From Thermodesulfobacteriota bacterium (GTDB lineage: Bacteria > Desulfobacterota > Desulfobacteria > Desulfobacterales > Desulfosudaceae): DNA of 64,000 nucleotides. Location: the NCBI GenBank assembly GCA_034189195.1, contig JAXHVI010000227.1, forward strand, positions 104-64,103, in the 5' to 3' direction. Position numbers and translations under genes: made by a program. A model generated the notes under the pieces. That model did no database searches. It was not told the DNA's origin and saw only the letters and a program-made list of their open reading frames with translations. Positions within the stretch are counted from its first letter, which is position 1. Every line of letters starts with the position of its first letter. Positions 49,676 to 59,316 of this stretch are shown here, one piece after another.

Positions 49676-50887
49676 ATGGCAAACAAGGTACTCATCGTCG
49701 GTATGGGAATGTCCGCGCAGGACCTGACGCCGGCGCATCTGAAAGTGATCCGCTCGGCGCAGGTGCTCGTGGGGGCCGGTCGTCATCTGGCCCCCTTTGC
49801 CGACCTGGCCGCGGAGAAGCGGGAGATCGCCGGGCCCATGGCCGAGACCATCGATTTTATCCGCGCCCGGCGGGCCGAGCACCGTGTCGTGGTGCTGGCT
49901 TCGGGCGATCCGTTGTTCTTCGGCATCGGCCGTACTATCGCCCAGGCCCTGGGCCGGGACCAGGTGGCGGTCTTACCCAACGTGACCGCCATCGCCGCGG
50001 CCTTCGCCCGCATCAACGAACCCTGGGGCGAAGCGGCCGTGGTCAGCCTGCACGGGCGGGACCGGCGATTCGATATTTTGGAAGCATTAAAAACAGACAA
50101 GACGGTGGCCGTGCTCACCGACCAGCAGCAGTCGCCCCAATGGCTGGCCCAATGGCTCATCAAAAGGGGCGCGCCCGTACGCATGGCCGTATTTGAACGG
50201 ATTGGCAGCGATGAGGAGTCCTTCGGCTGGCACACCCCGCCCCAGGCCGCCGAAAAAACCTTTGCCCAACCCAACGTGGTGATCCTCAAGCCCCGGGAGG
50301 ATGGCCCCGCGCCCCGGTCCTTGACCCTGGGAACGCCCGATGAAGACTATCTGCACGAGAACGGCCTGATCACCAAGGCGGAAGTACGCGCCGTGACCCT
50401 GGCCAAGCTACGTCTTAAACCGGGCCTCACGCTCTGGGATCTGGGCGCCGGCAGCGGCTCGGTGGGCATCGAGGCCTCGGTGCTGCTGGATGCCGGCCGG
50501 ATCATCGCGGTGGAACAGCATACCGGCCGCGTGGCCCAGATACGGCAGAATGCCAGGAAATACGGCGTTTACAACCACGAAACCATCCAAGGCCGACTGC
50601 CCGAGGGGCTGGCATCCCTGCCACGGCCCGACCGCATCTTCATCGGCGGCGGGGGCCGGGACCTGGCCGCCATCGTCTGGGAGGCGCTCGGGTTTCTGAA
50701 CCCCGGCGGCGTCATGGTGATCAACACGGTCCTGCTGGACAATTTGCACCAGATCCTGGACGCCCTGGAAGAACTGGGAATGCCCCCCGATGTCGTTCAA
50801 CTGCAGGTCAGCCGGAGCCGATCGATGCCCTGGAGCCGCCGCCTGGAGGCGCAGAATCCGGTGTGGATCGTATCCGCAATGAAATGA
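49676..50887 (+). CDS. cbiET: Bifunctional CbiE/CbiT methyltransferase-decarboxylase
   Basis: LASGDPLFFGIG, VSLHGR, ITKAEVRAVTL, WDLGAGSGSVGIE, FIGGG. Confidence 0.93.
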   Translation: MANKVLIVGMGMSAQDLTPAHLKVIRSAQVLVGAGRHLAPFADLAAEKREIAGPMAETIDFIRARRAEHRVVVLASGDPLFFGIGRTIAQALGRDQVAVLPNVTAIAAAFARINEPWGEAAVVSLHGRDRRFDILEALKTDKTVAVLTDQQQSPQWLAQWLIKRGAPVRMAVFERIGSDEESFGWHTPPQAAEKTFAQPNVVILKPREDGPAPRSLTLGTPDEDYLHENGLITKAEVRAVTLAKLRLKPGLTLWDLGAGSGSVGIEASVLLDAGRIIAVEQHTGRVAQIRQNARKYGVYNHETIQGRLPEGLASLPRPDRIFIGGGGRDLAAIVWEALGFLNPGGVMVINTVLLDNLHQILDALEELGMPPDVVQLQVSRSRSMPWSRRLEAQNPVWIVSAMK

Positions 50888-50902
50888 GGAGTTGAAAAAA
50901 CG

Positions 50903-51682
50903 GTGACGACTTTGAAATACCCCATCATTTTTTGCGGCGCAGGTCCCGGCGATCCGGATCTGATCACCGTCAAGGGCATGAGGGCCCTGGCCGTGGCGGA
51001 TCTGGTGCTCTATGCCGGTTCCCTGGTGCCCGAAGCGGTGCTGAATTGGGCCCCTGATGGGGCGCAACGCGTCAGCAGCGCCGGCCTGGACCTTGACCGG
51101 ATCGTGGCCTGCATGGCCGAGGCCCATCACAAGGGACTCCGGGTGGTCCGTTTGCACACTGGCGATCCCAGTTTATACGGCGCCACCGGTGAACAGATGG
51201 CGGCCCTGCGGGAGCGGAAGATCCCTTACGACGTAATCCCAGGCGTCAGCGCCGCCTTTGCCGCTGCGGCTGCCCTGGGCACCGAGTACACGATGCCGGA
51301 AAGGACCCAGACCCTGATCCTGACCCGCGTGGCCGGTCGCACGCCGGTACCCGAGAGCGAAAACCTGGCGGCTTTGGCGCGGCACGGGGCCTCCATGGCG
51401 ATCTATCTGAGCATGGCCCAGATCGAGGAGGTCGCCCAGGTGTTATCTGCCACTTACGGCCCCGGCGCCAGGTGCGCCGTGGCTTGCAGGGTCAGCCACC
51501 CAGAGGAAAAGATCGTTTTCACCCGGGCCGACGAGCTGGCCCGGACGGCGCGGGATCTGGGTATCGACCGTCTGGCGGTGATTCTGGTGGGACCGGCGCT
51601 GGAGGCCCCGGCGGCATTGGCGTCTTTGAAGTCCAAACTTTACGACAAGGATTTCACTCATGGCTACCGGCCCAAAGGGTAG
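50903..51682 (+). CDS. cbiF: Cobalt-precorrin-4 C11-methyltransferase
   Basis: GAGPGDPDLITVKG, YAGSLV, RLHTGDPSLYGA, SKLYDKDFTHGYR. Confidence 0.95.
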   Translation: MTTLKYPIIFCGAGPGDPDLITVKGMRALAVADLVLYAGSLVPEAVLNWAPDGAQRVSSAGLDLDRIVACMAEAHHKGLRVVRLHTGDPSLYGATGEQMAALRERKIPYDVIPGVSAAFAAAAALGTEYTMPERTQTLILTRVAGRTPVPESENLAALARHGASMAIYLSMAQIEEVAQVLSATYGPGARCAVACRVSHPEEKIVFTRADELARTARDLGIDRLAVILVGPALEAPAALASLKSKLYDKDFTHGYRPKG

Positions 51683-52757
51683 GATCGCCCTGTGGGCCCT
51701 GACGCCCGGCGGATTGACCCTGGCCCGCCGCCTGGCCTCGCAGTGGCCCGGGGCCACGCTGTTGTGCACCCGGCGCATGGCAAAGTGGCTGGAGGGGTGG
51801 CCTGCGGAGGTTTTCGAACAGTTGACGGAAGCGGTGGCCGAACGGTTCCACCGGTTCGGGGGCCATGTTTTCATCATGGCCGCCGGCATCGTGGTGCGTA
51901 CTATTGCTCCGCACCTGCGCGCAAAAACCACCGACCCGGCGGTGGTGGTGGTGGATGACCGAGGTCGCTTTGCCATCAGCCTGGTCTCCGGCCATATCGG
52001 CGGGGCGAACCGCCTGGCCCGCCAGGCGGCAGATCTTTTGGGCGCTGTGCCGGTAATTACCACCGCCACCGATATCCACGGCAAACCGGCCATCGACCTG
52101 GTGGCCTTGGAACGTGGGTTATCCATCGAAAATCCTTACGCCATCAAAACCGTGAATATGGCCCTGCTCGCCGATGAGTCGGTCTGGGTGTACGATCCGG
52201 CCGGCTGGCTCGGGACCCGATGGGCCGCCGGCGCCATGACCTTTCCTTGCCAGGTGGCGGAGGAAGCGAGTCGTCTGCCGGCTGACGCTCCGGCCGTGGT
52301 CTGGGTGGACGATGCGGTTCGGGCGCTGGATCCTCGCATCCTGGTGCTGCGACCGCCGTCGCTCGTGGCGGGCATCGGCTGCAATCGGGGCACGGCCCTG
52401 GCCGAGATCCGTGATCTCCTGGACTTGGCCCTTTCTAGGCACGGTCTTGCGCGCGGCAGTCTCAGCGCCCTGGCCTCGGTGGATCTTAAGACCGACGAGG
52501 CCGGGCTGTCCGACCTGGCAACGGAAATGGATTTGCCGATCTATTTTTTCACCCGGGAAGAACTTTCGAGCGTCGAAGAGGTGCCCACACCCTCGGCCCT
52601 CGTAAGCAAACATATAGGAGCACCCAGCGTATGCGAAGCAGCAGCGATTCTGGCGGGCCGCAGCGGACCCCGCGACAGCAGGTTGATCGTCCCCAAACAG
52701 ATTGGACAAAATGTGACCGTGGCCATTGCCCGCCGGGGTTGTATGTCGTCGGTATAG
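51660..52757 (+). CDS. cbiG: Cobalt-precorrin-5A hydrolase
   Basis: MAAGIVVR, DPAVVVVD, SGHIGGAN, VITTATD, GIGCNRG, SVCEAAA. Confidence 0.92.
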   Translation: MATGPKGRIALWALTPGGLTLARRLASQWPGATLLCTRRMAKWLEGWPAEVFEQLTEAVAERFHRFGGHVFIMAAGIVVRTIAPHLRAKTTDPAVVVVDDRGRFAISLVSGHIGGANRLARQAADLLGAVPVITTATDIHGKPAIDLVALERGLSIENPYAIKTVNMALLADESVWVYDPAGWLGTRWAAGAMTFPCQVAEEASRLPADAPAVVWVDDAVRALDPRILVLRPPSLVAGIGCNRGTALAEIRDLLDLALSRHGLARGSLSALASVDLKTDEAGLSDLATEMDLPIYFFTREELSSVEEVPTPSALVSKHIGAPSVCEAAAILAGRSGPRDSRLIVPKQIGQNVTVAIARRGCMSSV

Positions 52758-53539
52758 GCCCTGGCGACCCGGCCCATCTGTCTCAGCGCGCCCGCGAAGT
52801 CCTGCTCGGCTCGCAGGTCATTGTGGGATACAGAACCTATATCGATCTGATAGCACCAATGATTGCGGGAAAAGAAATTGTCCGTACCGGCATGACCAAG
52901 GAGGTGGACCGGGTGTCGGCCGCCGTCGATCTGGCCCGCCAGGGAAAGACCGTCGCCCTGGTCTCCAGCGGTGATCCCGGCATCTATGCCATGGCGGGGC
53001 TGGTTTTCGAAATCTGCGTCGCACGCAGCATAGCGGTGATGGCCGCCGGCGCGACAAAACATTCTCCGGGCGGTGCGGTCCTGCCCATCGAGGTGATACC
53101 CGGGATTCCGGCCTTGTGCGCGGGCGCCGCGCTGCTGGGGGCACCCCTGATGCACGATTTCGCCGCCATCAGCCTGAGCGATCTGTTGACCCCCTGGGAA
53201 GTGATCGAGCGGCGCCTGCATGCCGTGGCGGGGGCCGATTTCGTCCTGGTGATCTACAATCCCAAAAGCAAAAAACGCAATTGGCAACTGGAAAAGGCCC
53301 GGCAGATAGCCCTGTCCTACCGCGACCCCCAGACGCCGGTGGGCATCGTGACCGCCGCCATGCGAAAGGAGCAGCGCATCGCCCTCACTACCCTGGAAGA
53401 ACTGCACAAAGCCGAAGTGGACATGCAAACCACCGTATTTATCGGCAACAGCACCACAACCCGCTGCGGCGATTTTCTGTACACGATGCGAGGGTACGCA
53501 GGCAAGTACGAGATGGGTGATGGCTTCGTTGCTGAGTGA
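52739..53539 (+). CDS. cbiH: Cobalt-precorrin-3 C17-methyltransferase
   Basis: LYVVGIGPG, SSGDPGIYAMA, HDFAAISLSDLLTPW, YNPKSKKR, DMQTTVFIGN; start uncertain (TTG 52739). Confidence 0.9.
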   Translation: MYVVGIGPGDPAHLSQRAREVLLGSQVIVGYRTYIDLIAPMIAGKEIVRTGMTKEVDRVSAAVDLARQGKTVALVSSGDPGIYAMAGLVFEICVARSIAVMAAGATKHSPGGAVLPIEVIPGIPALCAGAALLGAPLMHDFAAISLSDLLTPWEVIERRLHAVAGADFVLVIYNPKSKKRNWQLEKARQIALSYRDPQTPVGIVTAAMRKEQRIALTTLEELHKAEVDMQTTVFIGNSTTTRCGDFLYTMRGYAGKYEMGDGFVAE

Positions 53540-53547
53540 GGTGGCCC

Positions 53548-53960
53548 ATGGAAAATAAACAGGCAGCCTGCATCGCCGTCCTTGGTACCGGTTCGAACGT
53601 GGGCAAGAGCGTTCTCACCACTGCCTTTTGCCGTATATTGGCCGATCGCGGCCTGCGCATGGCGGCCTATGCCGGCGCGCCGGTGGTCCTTGGTGGCCGA
53701 CATCGACCATGGCGGCGTCTTTGCCCAGATCGTGGGCTCCCTGTCCTGCCTTTCGACGGTGCAGCAGGCGCAGATCATCGGCTTTATCGTCAACCGCTTC
53801 CGTGGAGGCATGGACTTGTTCAGGGATGATGCCGACTGGATCGCGCAAAATACCGGCAAGCCGGTCTTCGGGGTGCTGCCGTGGTTCAGTGCTTTTGCCA
53901 TCGAAGCGGAAGACGCGGTGGTGGTCCAGAAAACGCAAGCCTACCGTCCCCGGCCGGGCA
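53548..53960 (+). pseudogene. cbiP: Cobyric acid synthase remnant
   Basis: GTGSNVGKSVLTTAFCR, then deletion and frameshift to VADIDHGGVFAQIVG, NRFRG, PVFGVLP, IEAED; glutaminase half missing. Confidence 0.85.
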
Positions 53961-53969
53961 CCGGGCCGA

Positions 53970-54150
53970 CCGTGTGGCCTACAAGATGGTCAACACGCTG
54001 GACTCCATGGTGGGATACAAAAACGAGCGCTATCGCCGCTTCGGATGGGCCTCGGCGCGCATCGACGATGCAATCAATTTCGTGCCGGCGCGTTTGTCCG
54101 TGATTGTTATTTCTTTATCGGCGTGGTTGCTGAATGCCGAGATGGAGTGA
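53970..54150 (+). pseudogene. cbiB: Adenosylcobinamide-phosphate synthase remnant
   Basis: AYKMVNTLDSMVGYKNERYRRFGWASARIDDAINFVPARL, the CobD/CbiB core only. Confidence 0.85.
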
Positions 54151-54353
54151 ACCAGTTGTTCAGAATCAGGTTCAACCGCAGCAGATCGGAGGATTTCGGC
54201 GAAATGTCCTGGGTGTAGATGCTGCAAGCGGTTTTCACCGATAGCGTGGGCCACATTCATCAGCTACACAGACGATTTGGGCAGACGGTTAAAGCAACAC
54301 AATGGTCAACCCCCCCGAAAAAAATTGTTGACAGCCATTTAATGGATTAGTAT

Positions 54354-54373
54354 TTAAGTGAGTACTCAATCAA
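54354..54373. promoter_or_regulatory. Candidate TetR operator
   Basis: Palindrome TGAGTACTCA with imperfect flanks, between TTGACA (54328) and the tetR start. Confidence 0.5.
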
Positions 54374-54390
54374 AAAGAGAGGCATTGCTG

Positions 54391-54996
54391 ATGAGCCGGA
54401 AAGAAACCATTTTGGAAACGGCAACAGCGCTTTTTGCCCGAGAGGGTTTTTCCGCTACGCCGACTTCCGCCATCGCGAGGGAGGCAGGGGTGGCCGAGGG
54501 CTTGGTCTTTCACTATTTCAAGAGCAAAAAAGAGATTCTGCTCTGTATTTTAGAAGACGTGGCAGAACGTTACCTTTCCGGTTGCCGCGCCCGGTTGGAG
54601 AATTGCCGGACCGGCCTTGATGCTGTCAAGGCCCTGATCGGCTTTCATTTCGAGTTCGGCACAGAGAATACGGATGCACTCCTGGTGTTGATCCGGGATG
54701 TTCCAGGCTCCTTTTGCCAAAAATTCGCCCTGACAAATCAGAACTCATCAAATGGGATGTACAAGATCCTTTGCATATGGGAGAAATGCATAGAGCGCGG
54801 GAGGCGGGACGGGAGCCTCAGGCACGATCTTTCTCCCCGGGAAACAGCCTTTGTCATCCAGGGGATGTTAATCGGCATAAGCCGGCTCAGACTTCTGACC
54901 TCTCTGGAGGCATCTTGTTTATCAACTCAGGCAACCGATTTCTGTATAAGAGCGCTTCGGCCCGGGGCAGAAAACGAGCAAACCATAAGTAAATAA
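54391..54996 (+). CDS. TetR/AcrR family regulator
   Basis: ILETATALFAREGFSATPTSAIAREAGVAEGLVFHYFKSKKEIL. Confidence 0.92.
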   Translation: MSRKETILETATALFAREGFSATPTSAIAREAGVAEGLVFHYFKSKKEILLCILEDVAERYLSGCRARLENCRTGLDAVKALIGFHFEFGTENTDALLVLIRDVPGSFCQKFALTNQNSSNGMYKILCIWEKCIERGRRDGSLRHDLSPRETAFVIQGMLIGISRLRLLTSLEASCLSTQATDFCIRALRPGAENEQTISK

Positions 54997-55017
54997 AAAC
55001 AGTAAGAGGTATAACAA

Positions 55018-56130
55018 ATGAGAGTATTTCTATCTATTTTGACGGCTTGTTTCATGTTGTTTCCGGTGTACGGCTCTGCCGGCCCGGGAGAGGACGGCGG
55101 CGGGGCTCCTTTGCCCATGGTTGGAGTAACGGAAGTAGGGCTTGAGCCCGCAAATCCCCCGGAAAAATATATCGGCCATGTGGAATCCATGGAATCCATC
55201 GATCTCAGGGCCCGGGTGGAGGGATACCTGGAAAGGCTCGATTTCAAGGAGGGCTCCTTTGTCCGGAAGGGGCAGATCCTTTATGTCATCGAACAGGCCC
55301 CCTACAAGGCCCGGGTCGCCGCAGCCAGGGCAAGGGTGGCCCAGGCGGAGGCGGATCTTTTCAAGGCGGAGACCCGTCTTGAGCGCCTTCGTTCCGCCCG
55401 GCCGGAGAGCGTGCCCAAGACCGATCTCGATGATGCCGTGGCGGCCCGGGATCTGGCCCGGGGCAGGCTGGACGAGGCCAGGGCCAACCTGGATCTGGCC
55501 GAAATCGACCTGGACTATGCCACCGTGGAGGCCCCGATAACCGGACGGATCGGAAAGAGCCGCTATAAGCCGGGAGACCTGGTCGGCCCATCGTCCCAGC
55601 CGCTGGCGGAAATCGTGCGCATGGACCCGATCAGGGTGGTCTTTTCGGTAAGCGAAAACCAGGGGGAGATCATCATGCATGCCCTGGAGGATGCTGAAAG
55701 AGGGGATGCTGCCCCCATTTTGTCCGTCGATTTGGGGTTCCCGGGCGGCCCGGCCTATCCCCGGAAGGGAGAAATCGATTTCGTGGACAACCGGGTGGAC
55801 CCGGATACGGGGAGTATTGCCATCTGGGCCAGGTTCGAGAATCCGGACGGGCGTCTTGTACCGGGCGAATACGTGAGGGTCTTTTTGGGAGAGGCCAAGC
55901 CGGAGATGATCCCCGCGGTCGCCCAGGCCGCGGTGCAAAGGGATAAGGAAGGCGTCTTTGTCTATGTGGTTGATGAAAAAAACAAGGTTGAACAGCGCCG
56001 GATCGCAACAGGCCCCGTCCTGGACGGCAAGTTCACCGTAACTTCGGGGTTGAAGCCGGGCGAAAAGGTTATCGTTCAGGGGATCCAAAAGGTGAAACCC
56101 GGAATAACCGTTAATGTCGAAGGAGAATAA
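55018..56130 (+). CDS. RND efflux periplasmic adaptor
   Basis: LRARVEGYL, FKEGSFV, APITGRIG, NRVDPDTG, GLKPGEKVIVQG. Confidence 0.92.
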   Translation: MRVFLSILTACFMLFPVYGSAGPGEDGGGAPLPMVGVTEVGLEPANPPEKYIGHVESMESIDLRARVEGYLERLDFKEGSFVRKGQILYVIEQAPYKARVAAARARVAQAEADLFKAETRLERLRSARPESVPKTDLDDAVAARDLARGRLDEARANLDLAEIDLDYATVEAPITGRIGKSRYKPGDLVGPSSQPLAEIVRMDPIRVVFSVSENQGEIIMHALEDAERGDAAPILSVDLGFPGGPAYPRKGEIDFVDNRVDPDTGSIAIWARFENPDGRLVPGEYVRVFLGEAKPEMIPAVAQAAVQRDKEGVFVYVVDEKNKVEQRRIATGPVLDGKFTVTSGLKPGEKVIVQGIQKVKPGITVNVEGE

Positions 56131-56137
56131 ACAGGCG

Positions 56138-59100
56138 ATGTTTTCCAGGACCTTTATCGAACGTCCCAGGCTGGCCATGGTCATCTCCATCCTGATCACC
56201 CTGGGAGGACTCATAGCCATATTTAATATCCCGGTGGCCGAGCTGCCCCACATCACACCACCTGCCGTCCGGGTCAGCACCGCCTATCCCGGAGCCAGTG
56301 CCGAGGTGGTCCGGGACACGGTGGCCGCCCCCATCGAGCAGGAGATCAACGGGGTGGAGAACATGCTCTATATGGAATCGAGCTGTTCAGACGACGGAAG
56401 CTACAGTCTGGTGGTTACTTTTTCCGTGGACTCCAACCCCGATATCGATCAGGTCAATGTACAAAACCGGCTCCAGTTGGCCCAGTCCCGGCTTCCCCAG
56501 GAGGTGCTGGATCAGGGTATCGATGTGCGCCGCCGTTCCGAGGATATGCTGGGGGTCATTACCTTTACCTCGCCCCGGGGCACCCGGGACCGGATCTTTA
56601 TGAGCAATTATATCGACCGGACCATTAACGATGCCCTGGTGCGTATCCCAGGGGTCAGCGATGTGAATGTCTTCGGCGAGTATACGTACAGCATGCGCAT
56701 CTGGCTGGACCCGGACCGGCTGGCGGCCCTGCAGATGGGACCGGACGATGTGGTACGGGCCGTTCGCCGGCAGAATATCCAGGCCACCCTGGGCTCGGTG
56801 GGGACCGCTCCCGCCTCCCCGGGGCAGGAACTCCAGTACACCTTAAAGGCCAGGGGCCGGCTTAAGAGCCCGGAGGAGTTCGAAAATATCGTGATCCGGA
56901 GCAATGAACAAGGAGGGCTGGTGCGGGTCAAGGATGTGGCCCGGGTGGAGCTGGGCAGCGAGTCCTACGGCAGCCAGGGGAGCGTGGACAACCGCCCCAC
57001 GGTGGGTGTAGCGGTGTACAAATCCTCTGAGGCCAATGCCTTGAACACCATGGCCGCGGTGAGAGAAGAGCTCAAGCGTCAAGCCGGGTCCCTGCCCGAG
57101 GACATGGACTATCTGGTGATGTACGATACCAGCGACTATGTGCGCGAAACAATCAAGGAGATTGTTTTTACCCTGGGCCTGACCTTTTTGCTGGTGGTTC
57201 TGGTCATCTTTGCCTTTTTGCAGAACGTGCGGGCCACCATAATTCCCGCGGCCGCCATACCGGTTTCCATTATCGGTACCTTTGCCGTCCTGCTCGCCCT
57301 GGGATTTTCCGCCAACACCATCAACCTTTTTGCCCTGATTCTGGCCATCGGGGTGGTGGTGGATGACGCCATCATCGTGGTGGAGAATGTCTATCGCATC
57401 CGGGAGGAAGGATCAGTCGGCGACCGCAAGGAAGCGGCCATCAAGGCCATGGAGGAGATTACCGGACCGATTGTGGCCACCACACTGGTCCTTCTGGCGG
57501 TCTTTGTCCCGATTATCTTCATGCCCGGGATCACCGGAGGGCTCTATAGACAGTTCGGGGTGACCCTGTGTGTCTCAGTGGTCATCTCGGCCATCTGTTC
57601 CCTGACCTTGAGCCCGGCCCTGTGCGCGGTTTTTTTGAAAAAAACCGATCCCCACCGGCGCGGCCCTTTTGCCTGGTTCAACAGGTTTCTGGGGAACTCG
57701 CGCACGGTTTATACCTCTGTGGTGGGCTGGCTTATACGGCATCTGGCCGTGGCGGGGCTTTTCTTTGTGATCATTGCCGGCGGGATCTGGTTCTTCGCCG
57801 GACACCTGCCCACCAGTTTTCTGCCCCAGGAGGACAAGGGCGGATTCTTCTGCGATGTTCAGCTGCCGGAAGGGGCGACCCTGGAGCGGACCAACCAGGT
57901 CCTGACCCGGGCGACCCAAAAGCTTCTGGAGATGGAAGGAGTGGAGCATGTGCTCTCTGTGAGCGGTTTCAGCCTGCTCAGCGGCCGTTCGGAAAACGTG
58001 GGCTTTATGATCTGCGATCTGAAGCCCTGGGAAGAGAGGACCAGGCCGGAGCTGCGCCTGAATGCCATAGTGGGCAGGGCGGCCAGGGAATTCAGCGCCA
58101 TCACCACAGCCAATATCATCCCTGTTGTTCCGCCCCCGATTCAGGGTTTAGGGACTACCGGCGGGTTTGATTTCCGGTTGCAGGCATTGGAGGGCCAGAG
58201 CCCCGGAGAACTGGTGTCCGTGGCCAGGGGGCTGGTGGCGGCCGCCAATCAGGAGCCTTCCCTTTCCCGGGTCTACACAACCTTTACGGCGGATACCCCG
58301 CAGATTTTTGTGGATCTGGATCGGACCCGGGCAGAACAGATGGGCGTTGCCGTAAGTGATGTGTTTTCCGTGCTGGGCCATCAGACGGGGTCCAGGTATG
58401 TAAACGATTTCAACCTGTTCGGCCGGACCTACGACGTCAGGGTCCAGGGTCAGGCCCCGTACAGAGCCAAGCCGGAAGATATCCGGGATTTGTACGTGCA
58501 GAGCGGCAAGGGGAAAAAGGTCCCTTTAGAGAGCCTGGTGGATCTGTCCTACAGGCTGGGACCCAAGGTGGTCAAACGCTACAACCTGTTCACCAGCCTG
58601 GACATAAAGGGTGAGGCTGCGCCGGGGTATTCTTCGGGCCAGGCCATGGCCGCCATGGAGCGGCTGGCCCGGGAGAAACTGCCTTCGGGTTATGGGTTTG
58701 AATGGTCCTCCATGAGTTATCAGGAAAAGCAGGCCAGCGGCACGGTGGTCTATATGTTCGCCCTGGCCCTGATTTTTGCCTATTTCTTTTTGGTGGGGCT
58801 CTACGAGAGCTGGAACCTGCCCGTATCCATAGTCCTTTCCGTGCTGGTGGCCACTCTTGGCGCCTTTATCGGGCTTTGGATATCCGGGCATCCCCTGTCC
58901 CTGTACGCTCAAATCGGTGTCGTCCTCCTGGTCGGCCTGGCAGCCAAAAACGCCATCCTGATCGTGGAGTTTGCCAGGGACCGCAAAAACCAGGGCGCCT
59001 CCGCCTATGAGGCTGCGGTGGGGGGGGCCGGAACCCGTTTCCGGCCGGTGCTCATGACCGCCCTGACCTTTATTCTGGGGGTTGCCCCCCTGGTCGTGGC

Positions 59101-59284
59101 GACCGGTGCAGGGGCCTCAAGCCGCACCCATATCGGCACCGTGGTTTTTGCCGGCATGATCGCGGCCACCACCCTGGGAATACTGATCATCCCGGCGCTG
59201 TATTACATTTTTCAGCGACTGGGTGAAAAGGGACAGGCCCTGTGGTGGAAAGGCAGCAAAAAGCAGCGGATGCAAGACGAATAA
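56138..59284 (+). CDS. RND efflux permease (HAE1/AcrB family)
   Basis: FIERPRLA, AIGVVVDDAIIVVENV, GLAAKNAILIVEFA, RFRPVLMT. Confidence 0.95.
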   Translation: MFSRTFIERPRLAMVISILITLGGLIAIFNIPVAELPHITPPAVRVSTAYPGASAEVVRDTVAAPIEQEINGVENMLYMESSCSDDGSYSLVVTFSVDSNPDIDQVNVQNRLQLAQSRLPQEVLDQGIDVRRRSEDMLGVITFTSPRGTRDRIFMSNYIDRTINDALVRIPGVSDVNVFGEYTYSMRIWLDPDRLAALQMGPDDVVRAVRRQNIQATLGSVGTAPASPGQELQYTLKARGRLKSPEEFENIVIRSNEQGGLVRVKDVARVELGSESYGSQGSVDNRPTVGVAVYKSSEANALNTMAAVREELKRQAGSLPEDMDYLVMYDTSDYVRETIKEIVFTLGLTFLLVVLVIFAFLQNVRATIIPAAAIPVSIIGTFAVLLALGFSANTINLFALILAIGVVVDDAIIVVENVYRIREEGSVGDRKEAAIKAMEEITGPIVATTLVLLAVFVPIIFMPGITGGLYRQFGVTLCVSVVISAICSLTLSPALCAVFLKKTDPHRRGPFAWFNRFLGNSRTVYTSVVGWLIRHLAVAGLFFVIIAGGIWFFAGHLPTSFLPQEDKGGFFCDVQLPEGATLERTNQVLTRATQKLLEMEGVEHVLSVSGFSLLSGRSENVGFMICDLKPWEERTRPELRLNAIVGRAAREFSAITTANIIPVVPPPIQGLGTTGGFDFRLQALEGQSPGELVSVARGLVAAANQEPSLSRVYTTFTADTPQIFVDLDRTRAEQMGVAVSDVFSVLGHQTGSRYVNDFNLFGRTYDVRVQGQAPYRAKPEDIRDLYVQSGKGKKVPLESLVDLSYRLGPKVVKRYNLFTSLDIKGEAAPGYSSGQAMAAMERLAREKLPSGYGFEWSSMSYQEKQASGTVVYMFALALIFAYFFLVGLYESWNLPVSIVLSVLVATLGAFIGLWISGHPLSLYAQIGVVLLVGLAAKNAILIVEFARDRKNQGASAYEAAVGGAGTRFRPVLMTALTFILGVAPLVVATGAGASSRTHIGTVVFAGMIAATTLGILIIPALYYIFQRLGEKGQALWWKGSKKQRMQDE

Positions 59285-59316
59285 CCAGCCAAAAGGCGAA
59301 AAGCGGGATGCAAAAT

